Of a stretch of 64,000 nt of DNA, positions 37,498 to 48,839 are shown piece after piece. The DNA is from Folioceros fuciformis (taxonomy: Eukaryota): contig JBNGIO010006379.1 in the NCBI GenBank assembly GCA_049999805.1, positions 713,414-777,413 on the forward strand, written 5' to 3'. Under the pieces are notes generated by a model. The model saw only the letters and a list, made by a program, of their open reading frames with translations, was not told the origin of the DNA and made no database searches. Within the stretch, counting starts at the first letter, position 1, and the number at the start of each line of letters is the position of its first letter. The position numbers and the translations under genes are program-made.

Positions 37498-38229
37498 GGG
37501 AATATCTTCAGGGCGCTCCGGAGATTGGTATGCAATGGTGTTCAGGATGTCTGCTGTTATAACGAACTACTAGAGTTTGCTAATCTGTTTTCTTCAAATG
37601 CATGGTTTTCAGACTGGTTGCTCATTCTAGACCGACCTGCACCGTCGTAATTGGTTGACGAATGTGCTTGCACGAAGTTTAGCGCTCTTGCATCTGACCA
37701 TCTCGGGGGAATTTCTGCTGAGATGGAGAGTGATGTAGGTGACGGTAAGTTTTTTTAACATGCGACACCATTGGATGCTGGCTGACCGGACACTTGTAGG
37801 AACGTCGACAAAACTGGAGCCGGAGAAAACCTCAGCTGCAAAAGGCACCGACCTCAGTCTACGTGAACAGATCATTGTATGTGCTGTGAATTTTCAGGAA
37901 TGTTGAGTAAGTCTTGTTTCTTTGGTACACACATTCAAGCAGTCACAGGCCACCTCCTGCCCGAAAGGCAGGTCAGATGATCCACATCTTGAGAAAGATT
38001 GCACTTCCTAATTCAAAATTTCTTATGGCTTACAGGTTTGCCTATTGGATCCCCAATTTCACGGTTAGCAAGAACCTTTCATTCCACTCAATTGGCCGGT
38101 TGCCGTCTTCCTCCCTTATTTTTTTGACACTGTTTACATGCATTTTCAGCATTAGTGGTCCGTGTGGGGCAAGCTTTTGCTCAATTAGAGAAGGAAATTG
38201 AGATTGAAGCATTTAAACATGCGATTGCT

Positions 38230-39055
38230 GGTATCCACAAGCCAGCAAATTAATCTTCCCTTGATTCTCTAGGTATGTTCAAGTATGGATCTTTTGGATT
38301 TGAAATAAGTTTATTTTTTCTTTTTCTTGTTAGATGGCTTTCACTTATTCTGGACAGACCTAGAAGACTAATGTGAAGGCTTATCAACATCCATAGCACA
38401 AAACTCAAGTTCTTTCTTGCCGAAACAGAAGGCTAATGTGAAGACTTATCAAGATTCATGGTGCACACTGCTATAAATCCTTGGAGCCAGTGCACAAAAT
38501 GATGGACTAGAGATTCAAACAATCACCAACTTGAGGACATGGACTAATTTTGTAATAACTTCCTAGGCAATGTCTTTGGCTGGTTAGAAGAGAAGCCTAA
38601 GCATCCAACAATTGAACTTCATGAAGTTGAGAGACATGAACTAAACTCTTAATAACTTGTTATGCAAGCTCTTAGGCTCATGAGAAAAGAAGCCCAAAGA
38701 ATGAACACCTGAGCTTCAAGTGGTTTGTACTAGCTAGCACATTCATAGTGTTGGAGAGCACTAATTACATATCTTGTGGTATAGTCAGATTAGCAAATTA
38801 GAAATTTTTAGATAATAAATCAAGATAATTAAAATTCAATAACTTGAAACACTATTCTACTATCTTGCTATATTACAAAATTAAGAAATTGAAATTTGAT
38901 AACTACATTTATTTCACATGAGCTAGCACAGTCATAGTTCCACAAACACTGCAACTTGATTGAATATACACACTTATTGACATGCATATAGATATAAAAA
39001 GACAGAATAAAGTATTTCAGAATACATTATCAATATACTGATCTGACAACGACAA
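38230..39055. mobile_element. AT-rich TE-like relic with an internal ~33-bp direct repeat (~38362/~38427)
   Basis: Composition shift; AGAAG.CTAATGTGAAG.CTTATCAA occurs twice; sharp junction with the RPA1 3' flank at ~39055. Confidence 0.4.
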
Positions 39056-39767
39056 CCCCGCCCCCCATGCGACTTTGGTCGGAAATGACTGAACGGGTTG
39101 TGACCGACAGGGGTCACAAGTCTTCCTGCGGCAAATGTCGACTCCAAACCGGGACATCAACCTCGTTAACTGATGTCTCTGCTAACTTAATGGCAGAGGA
39201 AACTGGACTGCCGGAATTCACCAGGCAGCCTCTGTTCTCCCTCCTCCAGGGTTCCACAAACTTAGAAACCCAATCAGATTACCAGACCGTACATTGATTG
39301 CCCAGACAGTCGGGAAGCACGAGCCTGGAATGCTGCCTGATCTCATCCAGACCTCAAGAGTTTTCCATCTCCCGGTCACCATGATCCTTCACTTCCCTGC
39401 AGCCTTAACACCAGGGAAGTCAGGAAATTCCTCACCACTCTCCTGACGCTTCAAAACTATGTCTCTGTTGGCACAGTTAACTTCTTCCTCACACGACACA
39501 GTAGCGCCGGCTGTAGGTCATCTTCACACTCCTGATACCGCACCATGTTTCGCTGAATTGAAGTGACTTTCGGGTTGCCGACTGCTTGGCATTGGCATTG
39601 CACTTGTCCTCGAGCCAGGCCAACAGTACCATCTCGTATTTACAGGACAGTGGTCAGTGATTTCACGTCGCCACTGTGGATGGGCACCACCAGAGTGACA
39701 GACCCTTTCTTCCTACAACTCTGCCGCTGGCACGTCAACAAGCTCGAAATTGTGGGCTCCTGCATTA

Positions 39768-42066
39768 CTAGCTGGAAACGCCCTTCAAGCTAGCTATCTG
39801 CTCTAGCAAAAAATTGCTTTCACCAGACCAATCGACTGGGCTGACAGAGCGGACTGTGACCCTTTGGCGCTTCTCGTTCATGTACTCTTGTTGCGTGACA
39901 CTGACACGCAGAATGTAAGGTACCCAGCAGGCATGTTTCAAGTGGGTGGCGACACGTCCTTCATCAGTCTGCACGAGAGTCCATTCGGAAAAGTCAGCAC
40001 GGATCTCTCTTGAAAGTGAGCCGTGATACCTAGAAGCTCAAGGCGGAAGCTCAATGAACTCACCGCTCTCCACTCCGCGAGAGCATCTGCAGATTTCTGT
40101 AGAATTTGCTCAGCTTGTTCGTTAAAAGCTGAAATCCAGGCCTCCCCGGTCCGATCTGTCATTTTGGCTAACAAGATGTATCTGCACGCCACAGACACCT
40201 CAGATCTGTCGTTCAGCGACACGATCAATAGAAGGACAGAGTTGTACTAATGAACGGATCTACCTGCGGTTACAAGTATCATACTGCTTTTGGCAGCCTT
40301 CGCACCAGTACTGAGAGCTGTGTTCTTCCGTCACCTTTCGGTTGCACTTGACGCAGGCGAGGTACCACAGTGCCTGCTCTGGCTTGATGTAGCTGATGTA
40401 CCCCTTCACATTGAAGTACGCGGGCTGCAAGAGGTACATGAGAATACTGAGCTGGTGCCACCAGGACAAGCAGGGCATCAAGCAGTTGCAAGAAGAATTC
40501 GCATCAGGCAGAGCACGGACCTTCTCATCACCAACCGTCGGTAAAGTGATGTTTGACAGGCACTCACGTTCAGAGTACAGCGACCTGGGACCCTTCCCAG
40601 CTCCCCCAGATATACCAGCACCCGCAGAGGTCATCCTCGCATCTTTGCCAACCTCAGCATACCTGCACAAATCAGAAAGGGTGAGAATGGGACACGCGAG
40701 GTGATTGGGGCCACAGTCGCTGAGTCATGAGTGCGGGTCAGCACAGAAGTACTCACCATTTGGTAAGAGCTTCGGACTCCGGGACATCCGGGCTGATTGC
40801 CACCATGCTACTCATAGTTGTCGACAGCGAGACTCCTGCCAACATAAGACAGGAGAAGAACCTTGGCATGAGCAAATAAGGACGATGTAAGCATAAGCAT
40901 CTTGAACAGATAGACGGGATTTCAGCACGATGCTCTACCCTGATAGTCACTTGCACGGAGACCCTTGAAAGCCACCAAAGGGGTCTTATTGTTCTGCCAG
41001 AGCTCCAGCAGCTCGGCTCCCTGCTTCATCGCAAATTCATTCCAAACGCTGACAACCACAGTCTTCTGGCTGCAAATTCCAAGACCAGAAAGTGAGGGCA
41101 TCCGTGAGATTTCTCCGACATGACAAGACAAGATACCCACATACCTGGCATGAGAGGAAAAGCGGTCATCACATCTTCTCACCTCTGATCAACAATAGTG
41201 ACGTCACGTTTGGGAATCTCCTCGTTGCTACTTTTCCGGCGGATGGTTACCGTCTGGCTTACGTCTTGCACCACACCGATCACATCTGCGGAATCAAAGG
41301 TAATTGTGTCAAGTATCGGCATTTCATGACGCTCACCTCCACTAAGTCCTACAAAACGTGACCCTGGAGGAAGGGATCAGCAGAATCCAGTCGGAACAAA
41401 CAACCACGCATCAGAATAAAAATGCCCACCCCATCACTCACCCACTAGCTTCCGAGAATTGATAAAGGGCGCCAGCTCATCGATGGTCACAAAGTTGTAC
41501 TTGACAAGAGGAATTTTGAAGACGGCACCCTCCTCTTCCTCAATCTCTTCCACAACAGCTCTGGCGTCTAGCGTCATTTCGTAATCGTTTCTCACCGTCG
41601 AGAACTGCTTGTTGGCCATCCGAAGGCTGCCCTTGGAGATGAGATACAACTGCATTCCGGAGCAAATCAAAAGTCAGCAACAGTCCCGTTCGGAAGGAGC
41701 AAACGCCCAAAGCCCACCACGCGAAGCAAAGCCCACCCACCTTCCCGAGCTCAAATTTCTCGTAAAACCTTTCGGCAGCTTCTTTGAACATGGTAGCCTG
41801 GATCTGAGTTCCCTGCGAGAAACAAGCCCACCACAGTCAGCCGCCATCCTCCTTCCCCGGCACCGGAAGTGCAAGCGAGCTTGAGAGAGGCAAAACAGGC
41901 TCACCTCCTCATCGGTTAGCTCCACATTGAACACGCTGCCCTCTCCCCGCGCGTTACGGTAGGTCCTGAGCGCGCCCTTGTTGGTGACCCGCACCTTAGT
42001 GGTCCAATTATCCTGGTACGGGCTGAGCGACTGCAGTGGCTGAACGCGCTTGGTGATCCCCCTCAT
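39768..42066 (-). CDS. RPA1: Replication protein A large subunit (RPA1B/D-type): DBD-A, DBD-B and DBD-C with C4 zinc motif; no DBD-F visible
   Basis: LSPYQDNWTTKVRVTNKG.LRTYRNARGEGSVFNVELTDEE, YLISKGSLRMANKQF, WYLACVKCNRKV...YWCEGC, LRVSVTQQEYMNEKRQRVTV. Confidence 0.93.
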
Positions 42067-42689
42067 GGTGTAAAGCCAAGGAACAGCCTGTGGCAGGAAA
42101 CGAAACTGGAAATGCCCAACACTGCCGGTGGCGCGGAGGAGAGGCACACACTCAAGACTGACGGCAGGAGACGAAGGAGAAATGGGAGCTGCAGCGGGCA
42201 GGAGCACAGCATGGGGATCGGGGCTGGGCAGAGTGAGGGATGCCTTTGTGCGGGATTTTGGTTCAAAAACTGTGGCAACAGTGAGCGGGACGTCCTTCCC
42301 GCGCACCTACGATTCAAGCCTATTCCGTGCCAAGGCGGCCAGGCCAGGCCAAGCTCGGACGGAGTAGAGCCTAACCTCACCCAGGTTAGGCTCTAGTCAT
42401 TTCCTGATTCATGCCTCCTCCGGCCAAAATACTTGTGTTCACATCGGAGTCGGTAGGACGTCGGACTGGTAGCTTGTCACGTGGCCATGAAATTCTTTTT
42501 AACGAGGTGAATGTCATTAGAAAATTTTTAATTTAACTTTGAAATTATTTTGAGAAGAAACAATAGATGATTATGTTCAATGAGCTAGCAGCTTCATTCA
42601 TGCAACTGGCTGCTCTTCAGCTTCGGGCTTGACTTTTCATATGAGCATTCTCAATCGCTCTAGCAATCTTTGCAACCTCAATCACATTT

Positions 42690-43740
42690 CTCTTAGGCTT
42701 GGTCCATTTTTGTCTTTTCCTCTCTGTAAATGCAGTTGCAAGGTGGTACCATTAGTTGCAAGACTACCATTGATACTTTGAGGTCCTATGAGACATATGA
42801 TACTCATAAGCCTCTAGGGTTTGGTCCATCCTTTGGCTTTGTGGCTAGCACTTGGTTCATTCTTTGGTTTTTTCTCTCTCTAGGTGTAGTTGCGGTTAGG
42901 GCTTTGTTCATTCTTTAGCTTTTTCTCTATCTAGGTGTAGTTGTGGCTAGGGCTTTGTTCATTCTTTGGCTTTTTCTCTACCTAGGTGTAGTTGTGGCTA
43001 GGGTTTGTGCATTCTTTGGTTGTTCCTCTCTCTATGTGTAGTAGTTTTTCCTTTGGTTTTTTCTCTCTCTGGGTGCAGTTGCAATGCTGCTATTGTCAAC
43101 TCTATGTCACATCTTACACGATATCCTTGAGATTCCTCTTGTGCATGGTCCATCTTTGGCTTTCCCTCTCTCCATGTGTAGTCGCATGGCTACTAGGTGC
43201 AATTGCAATATTGTTGTTAACAACTCTATGTCCCATCTAGCACAATGTCCCTAAGATTTCTCTTGGGCGTGGTCCATCCTTTGGCTTTTTCTCTCTCTAG
43301 ATGTAGTTGTAGGGCTGCCATTGACAACTTTAGGTCCCATTTAGTGTAATGTCCTTGAAATTCATCTTGGGCTTAATCATCCTTTAGCTTTTTCTATCCC
43401 CAAGTGGAGATGTAAGACTACCATTGACAACCAAGTCCATCCTTTAGCTTTTCCTCTCTCCAAATGGAGTTGTAAGACTACTATTGACAACTCAAGGTCC
43501 CATTTTGTAGGGTGTCCCTAAGCTTCATCGTGAGCTTTGTCCATCCTTTGCCTTTTACTCTCTCCAGGTGAGATTTTAGGGTATAGGGTTTAGGTAGGTC
43601 TACCTTGACAGCTTTAGGTCCTATCGGGCTCAATGTCCTTGAGAGTCCTCTTGGGCTTTGTCCAACCTTTGGCTTTTCCTCTCTTAAGGAATGTAGTTGT
43701 CAGGTTGCCATAGATGACTTTGGGTCCTTATCTAGGGTGC
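42690..43740. repeat. Degenerate tandem array of ~51-bp and ~120-bp units sharing the core TTTGGCTTTT(T)CTCTCT..AGGTGTAGTTG
   Basis: The core recurs about 11 times, within the AT-rich 42.5-45.7 kb block. Confidence 0.8.
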
Positions 43741-43947
43741 AACGCATTGCCACATTGAGTTGTTTCAATGTCAAATTATCCATAGCCAAGTAGGGTGGGT
43801 TCTTTGCAAATATATTTTTTAATACAACCAAGTAGTGTGGGTTGTTTCCAAATATTTGTTAATATGCACTCTAACTTTCTTGGGCATCATGGATTGATTC
43901 ATGTTTGCTTGTTTTTTATTCATAATAATTCATATTTGCATCCCATA

Positions 43948-44019
43948 CATGCACCTCATGTATAGGCTTGTCATGCACCTCATGTATAGGCTTGTCATGC
44001 ACCTCATGTATAGGCTTGT
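43948..44019. repeat. Three perfect copies of the 24-bp unit CATGCACCTCATGTATAGGCTTGT
   Basis: Read directly. Confidence 0.95.
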
Positions 44020-44463
44020 TTCTAATTCAAAATAATCCAAACATCCAAGGTATGGATAAATTTATATATATATTTGAGATATTTCTTATTATTGAAAAAG
44101 AGATAGAAAGTTCCATTGATTCCAAAGATTAGAGGGACAACCCAAGTAGGGGCAAAGACCAAAAGTGGTACTAACTGTGCTTTGAACATCATTCTTGAAA
44201 ACTACTTACTACTCCCAAAATGTTATGACATGTAATAAAACAAAGACCTACCTACCATCCATGCAGAAGAAGGTGCTTGAATTGTACTTATTGCTATTCT
44301 ACAAAAACATTGACTAATGCTCTTTACAAGGCAATGGATACGTACTCATGGTCAAAAGAAACCATTGCAGACGAAAAAGAGAGAACTCATTCCTATGACT
44401 CTGATAAACCTTGGTGTACTCCTTGATGAACCTTGCCCATAACCCATATGAGTTTCACGAGTA

Positions 44464-44630
44464 GGATGGATGAAAGTATGCCCGTCTGGTAGGGGAGAAT
44501 ACTTATGGACTTTGGCATTGGCATAACGTTCCGTCGCCCATCCAAGGGGATGGATGAAAGTATGCTCGTCTTGTAAGGAGAATATTTATGGACTTTGGCA
44601 TTGGCATAACCCTCCGTCGCCCATCCAATG
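44464..44630. repeat. Two imperfect 84-bp tandem copies (GGATGGATGAAAGTATG...CCGTCGCCCATCCAA)
   Basis: Copies start at 44464 and 44548. Confidence 0.85.
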
Positions 44631-46842
44631 GGGTTGATGATGATGTGCTCGCAAATCGAATCCCTAGGAATAACAACCACGTTAGCAATAACAACACAAT
44701 ATTAGCAATAACAACACAATATATGTCTTGGTAATAAAATCATAGGTATATGTCTTAGTGATAAAAACATAGGTTTGAAATGGAAGAGAATATTTCATTT
44801 AAAGGAGAAAGGAAAACCTATAGGTTTGAAATTAAATTCAAGAACGTAAAACATCTAGATGATTTACTTTTTATAGAAACTGTGCATCACTTAAATTTTT
44901 TATAACATACACACATTACATGTGTTTAACGTATTGCATAACAAGTGAGTTAGTCGAATCATGCTTTGAAAAATTCTCTTCAATTGGTGCTGGTTTTTTT
45001 TCTTTGCTACCATGTACTCACTTGCTTGCTAATTGTTAGTTTTATACTAATAGTACCTAGCCATACAAATGTGGTATCTTATGTTCTTGCTTGCTTTTTA
45101 TCATTGCTTTGTGCCGAGGATCCTTCATTCTAGCTAGAAATCCATATCTCATAAGTTTTGTTTGCAGTTGATGAAATGGGGACAGAGAAACTACCCCAGC
45201 AGCAACTGGCCCTAGGTGTTTACAACAATTAAGGGCATTTGCAAGCTTGGTGTGCTTTGGATGCTCTTGGAGGCCTTGAAATTGCATGTTTATTTCAACA
45301 CGGTTTTGAAATCTGTGAACATAGATGTTCACATGTTGGGTCCACTAGAGTGAATATCATGATAGATGTTTAAATGTTCACTGGTCATCTATCCTAAGCT
45401 TGGTTTACCGCCTAGCTTAGAAAGTTGATCATGCTCGCAAATGGATTGTTAGATAGAGTCCATTAGGATCACTTCTACCACAACGAATTAATCAACTTAT
45501 GAATCCAAGTTGACCCAGATTTGAAATCAATCCATGAACCCAAGCCGTATTGCATTGCATTGCAAAGATATAGGCCATTCTACGCGAAGAAAATATCTAT
45601 TTTCCCTTAAGACCTTAGGGCCAAGGTAACCATGCAAAAGATTAAGTCCGGCCAATATTTGATTAGAAGCTAGTAGAGGCGGGCCTGAAATCAACTTCCT
45701 TCTAAGCATACTCAAAGACCAGTACCTACAGAGTTTATGAGGATACTACTTCAAGGACAAACAATCCTCTTGCAGAGCGTAAGAGAAGGGAGTGAGTGAA
45801 AGTAGGCAAGTGGAGAATGAATTGGCGAGAAATGCTCCTTTCTTTGCTCCAAAGATTGAAAGCCTAAGTGAGGAACTTTCCTCCTTAGGAACTTTCAGAG
45901 TAAGACGGGGCAAGAGGAGATGAGAAGAGACTGGCATTGCCCAAGCATGCTTTGTTTGTGGAAGCCTACATTCATTCACGTATACATACGTGGGCCAAAC
46001 GCAATTTGTTAGATGGAATGATAAACCAGAGGTTAATGTGGTTGAAGAGTGAAAAATGTGTGATGAGAGAGAGGAGGGAAAGGAGGGAAGGGTCTCGCGG
46101 CAGCCATGTATACGCTGTGGTTGGAGCAGGAGTAGAGGCGAGGTTGGCGCTGTGAAGATACATATAAGAGCGTGGTGTGAGGCTCGGAAATTTCGCGGTG
46201 GGGGGTTCCGGGTTCGCTCCGCCTGGCCCCTTTTTTCTCTTCTCTTCTCCTCTTCTCCCCTCCTCTCCTCGCCTCTCACTCCCTTGTCCGGTGCTTGGTC
46301 TGCTGGTGGCCTGGCTGCGCCTGTGTCTGGCTCACTCTCATCCCGCCTATTAGGGCGCTCATCTCACCCGCCTGCATTATCCCTCGTCTTTTCTCCTCCT
46401 CTGCTTCGTTCTTTTCATCCGGAACGCCAGCAGCAGGCCGAGGCTCCGACGGCAGGCAGGAGGGCAAGGCGCCATCTTCATCTTCCTCCTGCGTACTCTG
46501 GTGTGCTGTGGTGTAGCGTGCTGTGCTGTGCTGTTCTGTGCTGGGCTGGCCTGTTCTGGGGGACCTGTACCGGTGCCATGTGGCAGCCCTCCCGGGGACA
46601 GTGCTTTCAATTGCAGGCGGCGGTCTCTTCTCCTACTCCTCTTCTGCTCCGGTACGTACTGATGCGTTACGCTACGCAGCGCCTGGCTTCTCTTGTGCTG
46701 CTCGGCCTGCTGCTAGGTGCTGGATGGATGCAATTCCGGGCTGAGCGTGAGGAATAGTGCGCTTGTGGTGCAGGGAGCATGAGAGAGTGACCTGCGCCAT
46801 TTCGTGCTGCATGTTGCTGCTTATAGGGTTTCGGGGGCAGCC

Positions 46843-47823
46843 ATGTCTCAGCCGGCCCGCTTCGTAATCGGCTACGCGCTGGCGCAGAAGAAGCAGCGGA
46901 GCTTCGTGCAGTCGTCCCTTCTGTCCTCGTGCAAGAGCAAGAATATCTTCCTAGTGTCCATCGATCTCGGCAGGCCGCTCATTGAGCAAGGCCCCTTCGA
47001 CGCCATCCTGCACAAAGTGTCGGACGAGGACTGGCTCAAGCAACTCACCACCTACGAGAAAAAGCACCCAGGCGTCATCGTCGTGGATCCGCCCAAAGCC
47101 ATAGAAAGGCTGCACAACCGGATCTCTATGCTGCAGGCGGTGGCGGAGCTGCAGGAGGGAGATCTGCCAGTGTCCGGGGAGCATGAGACGTTCGGCATTC
47201 CGAAGCAGAAGGTGGTGGATAGCGCGGACGGGCTGCAGGAGTTGGAGTCCCTGGACCTCAAGTTCCCGGTCATCGCCAAGCCCCTGGTGGCGGACGGCAG
47301 CGCCAAGTCCCATGCGATGTCTCTTATTTTCAATGCTGATGGCTTGACCAAATTGAAGCCGCCTGTGGTTCTGCAAGAGTTTGTCAACCACGGTGGAGTC
47401 ATCTTCAAGGTTTATGTGGTTGGAGAGTATGTGAAATGCGTGAGGAGGAAGTCGCTGCCCGACGTCAACGAGGACGAGTTGAAGAGGAGCGAGGGGCCCC
47501 TCTCTTTCTCGCAGGTCTCGAACATGGCTTCCTCGGGGGAAGTGGGGGATTCGGTTGATGCCAACATGGCAGAGTTGCCGCCCGCCAAGTTTATATCGGA
47601 TATCGCCAGAGGGCTAAGGGAGGCTCTTGGCTTGCGGCTCTTCAACTTTGACGTAATCAGAGACACCAAAGTGGGTAATCACTACCACATTATTGACATC
47701 AACTACTTCCCGGGATATGCCAAGATGCCGTCCTACGAAACTGTGCTCACGGACTTTTTCCTCGGTCTAGCAGCGCATAGGAAGGAATCTTTGGCAGGCT
47801 CTGAGACGTTAGCAGTACACTAG
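46843..47823 (+). CDS. ITPK1: Inositol-tetrakisphosphate 1-kinase (ATP-grasp), ITPK1-like, intronless core CDS
   Basis: [83 protein letters not shown]. Confidence 0.96.
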   Translation: MSQPARFVIGYALAQKKQRSFVQSSLLSSCKSKNIFLVSIDLGRPLIEQGPFDAILHKVSDEDWLKQLTTYEKKHPGVIVVDPPKAIERLHNRISMLQAVAELQEGDLPVSGEHETFGIPKQKVVDSADGLQELESLDLKFPVIAKPLVADGSAKSHAMSLIFNADGLTKLKPPVVLQEFVNHGGVIFKVYVVGEYVKCVRRKSLPDVNEDELKRSEGPLSFSQVSNMASSGEVGDSVDANMAELPPAKFISDIARGLREALGLRLFNFDVIRDTKVGNHYHIIDINYFPGYAKMPSYETVLTDFFLGLAAHRKESLAGSETLAVH

Positions 47824-48430
47824 CTATAGCTAGCTAGCAGCTAACTAGTCTCTAACCTAGCCCTGCGCCGTCCCGCTGCCCGCCAACTCCGTCTTCCCTC
47901 CCCGCTCTTGTGAGTGAATTGTTTGAGCTAGTGCTGATTTGGTTATTAATACTCTTTTTTAAATCAGGCTGTTGTAGCCCGACCTGTGAATTTGGCTGCT
48001 AGCTTTGCTGCGGTTTGCTCTGGACTCTTTGGGCTTTTCCCCATGCTTGAGACTTCTTTGTACAAAGTTCACCATCTACTTATCAGCTTGTGAAAATTGA
48101 GCTGGAAGTTGCTGGATGGGCTAATTGAGCAAACGAAAAATGATATGTAGAGGGTTGACGTTCACACTGTCATCACTCGTATGCCTTTGTTGACCATGTG
48201 TGCCTCCCACCTCACTGTCTGCAGGCAGTGTATGCATCATGCGATTGTCCTTTACGTGTAGAGTGATCAGACTGGATTCTGAGTGTGTGGATCCATCTTT
48301 CCCAGGACCTTGCAGATTGCATGACGCACGTAGTTTGTCTGCTGGTTGTCTCGCTGGCAGAGTTTGGCTTCCCATGTGTCCCGCCTGCCGCCTCTTCCTG
48401 TTATACCTTCCTTTGTCTTGTCTGCCCCGG

Positions 48431-48530
48431 NNNNNNNNNNNNNNNNNNNNNNNNNNNNNNNNNNNNNNNNNNNNNNNNNNNNNNNNNNNNNNNNNNNNNN
48501 NNNNNNNNNNNNNNNNNNNNNNNNNNNNNN
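48431..48530. other. 100-N scaffold gap, probably an unmerged contig overlap
   Basis: TTGTCTGCCCCGG is present on both sides of the gap. Confidence 0.85.
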
Positions 48531-48839
48531 TTGTCTGCCCCGGGGTTACCTGCCCAGAACGAGGTAATGTGCCCAAGCTAGACGTGGGACTAGCCATGCG
48601 TTTCGCAACTGAAGGAATGTCCGGGTTCTGTGCCTACCACCTCGTGACTTGGCCGTCATCGAATGTAGACACACCTCCATTCAAACAGTTATACCTCTTT
48701 TTTCCCCCCCTCATTCCCCCACTTTCATCGACGTGGCCTCAACAACAGGCTGTAGAGTTGCTACTATTTTTGTCTACAAAATTGAACCGTCTGCTTTTAA
48801 GCCTTTCAAGTCTCATCCATTCAACTCGAGGATATGTGT

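Noticed and set aside
42690..44019. Recurring repeat core superficially like a CRISPR array
   Set aside because: Units are degenerate tandem copies without unique spacers, the context is eukaryotic and there are no cas genes.
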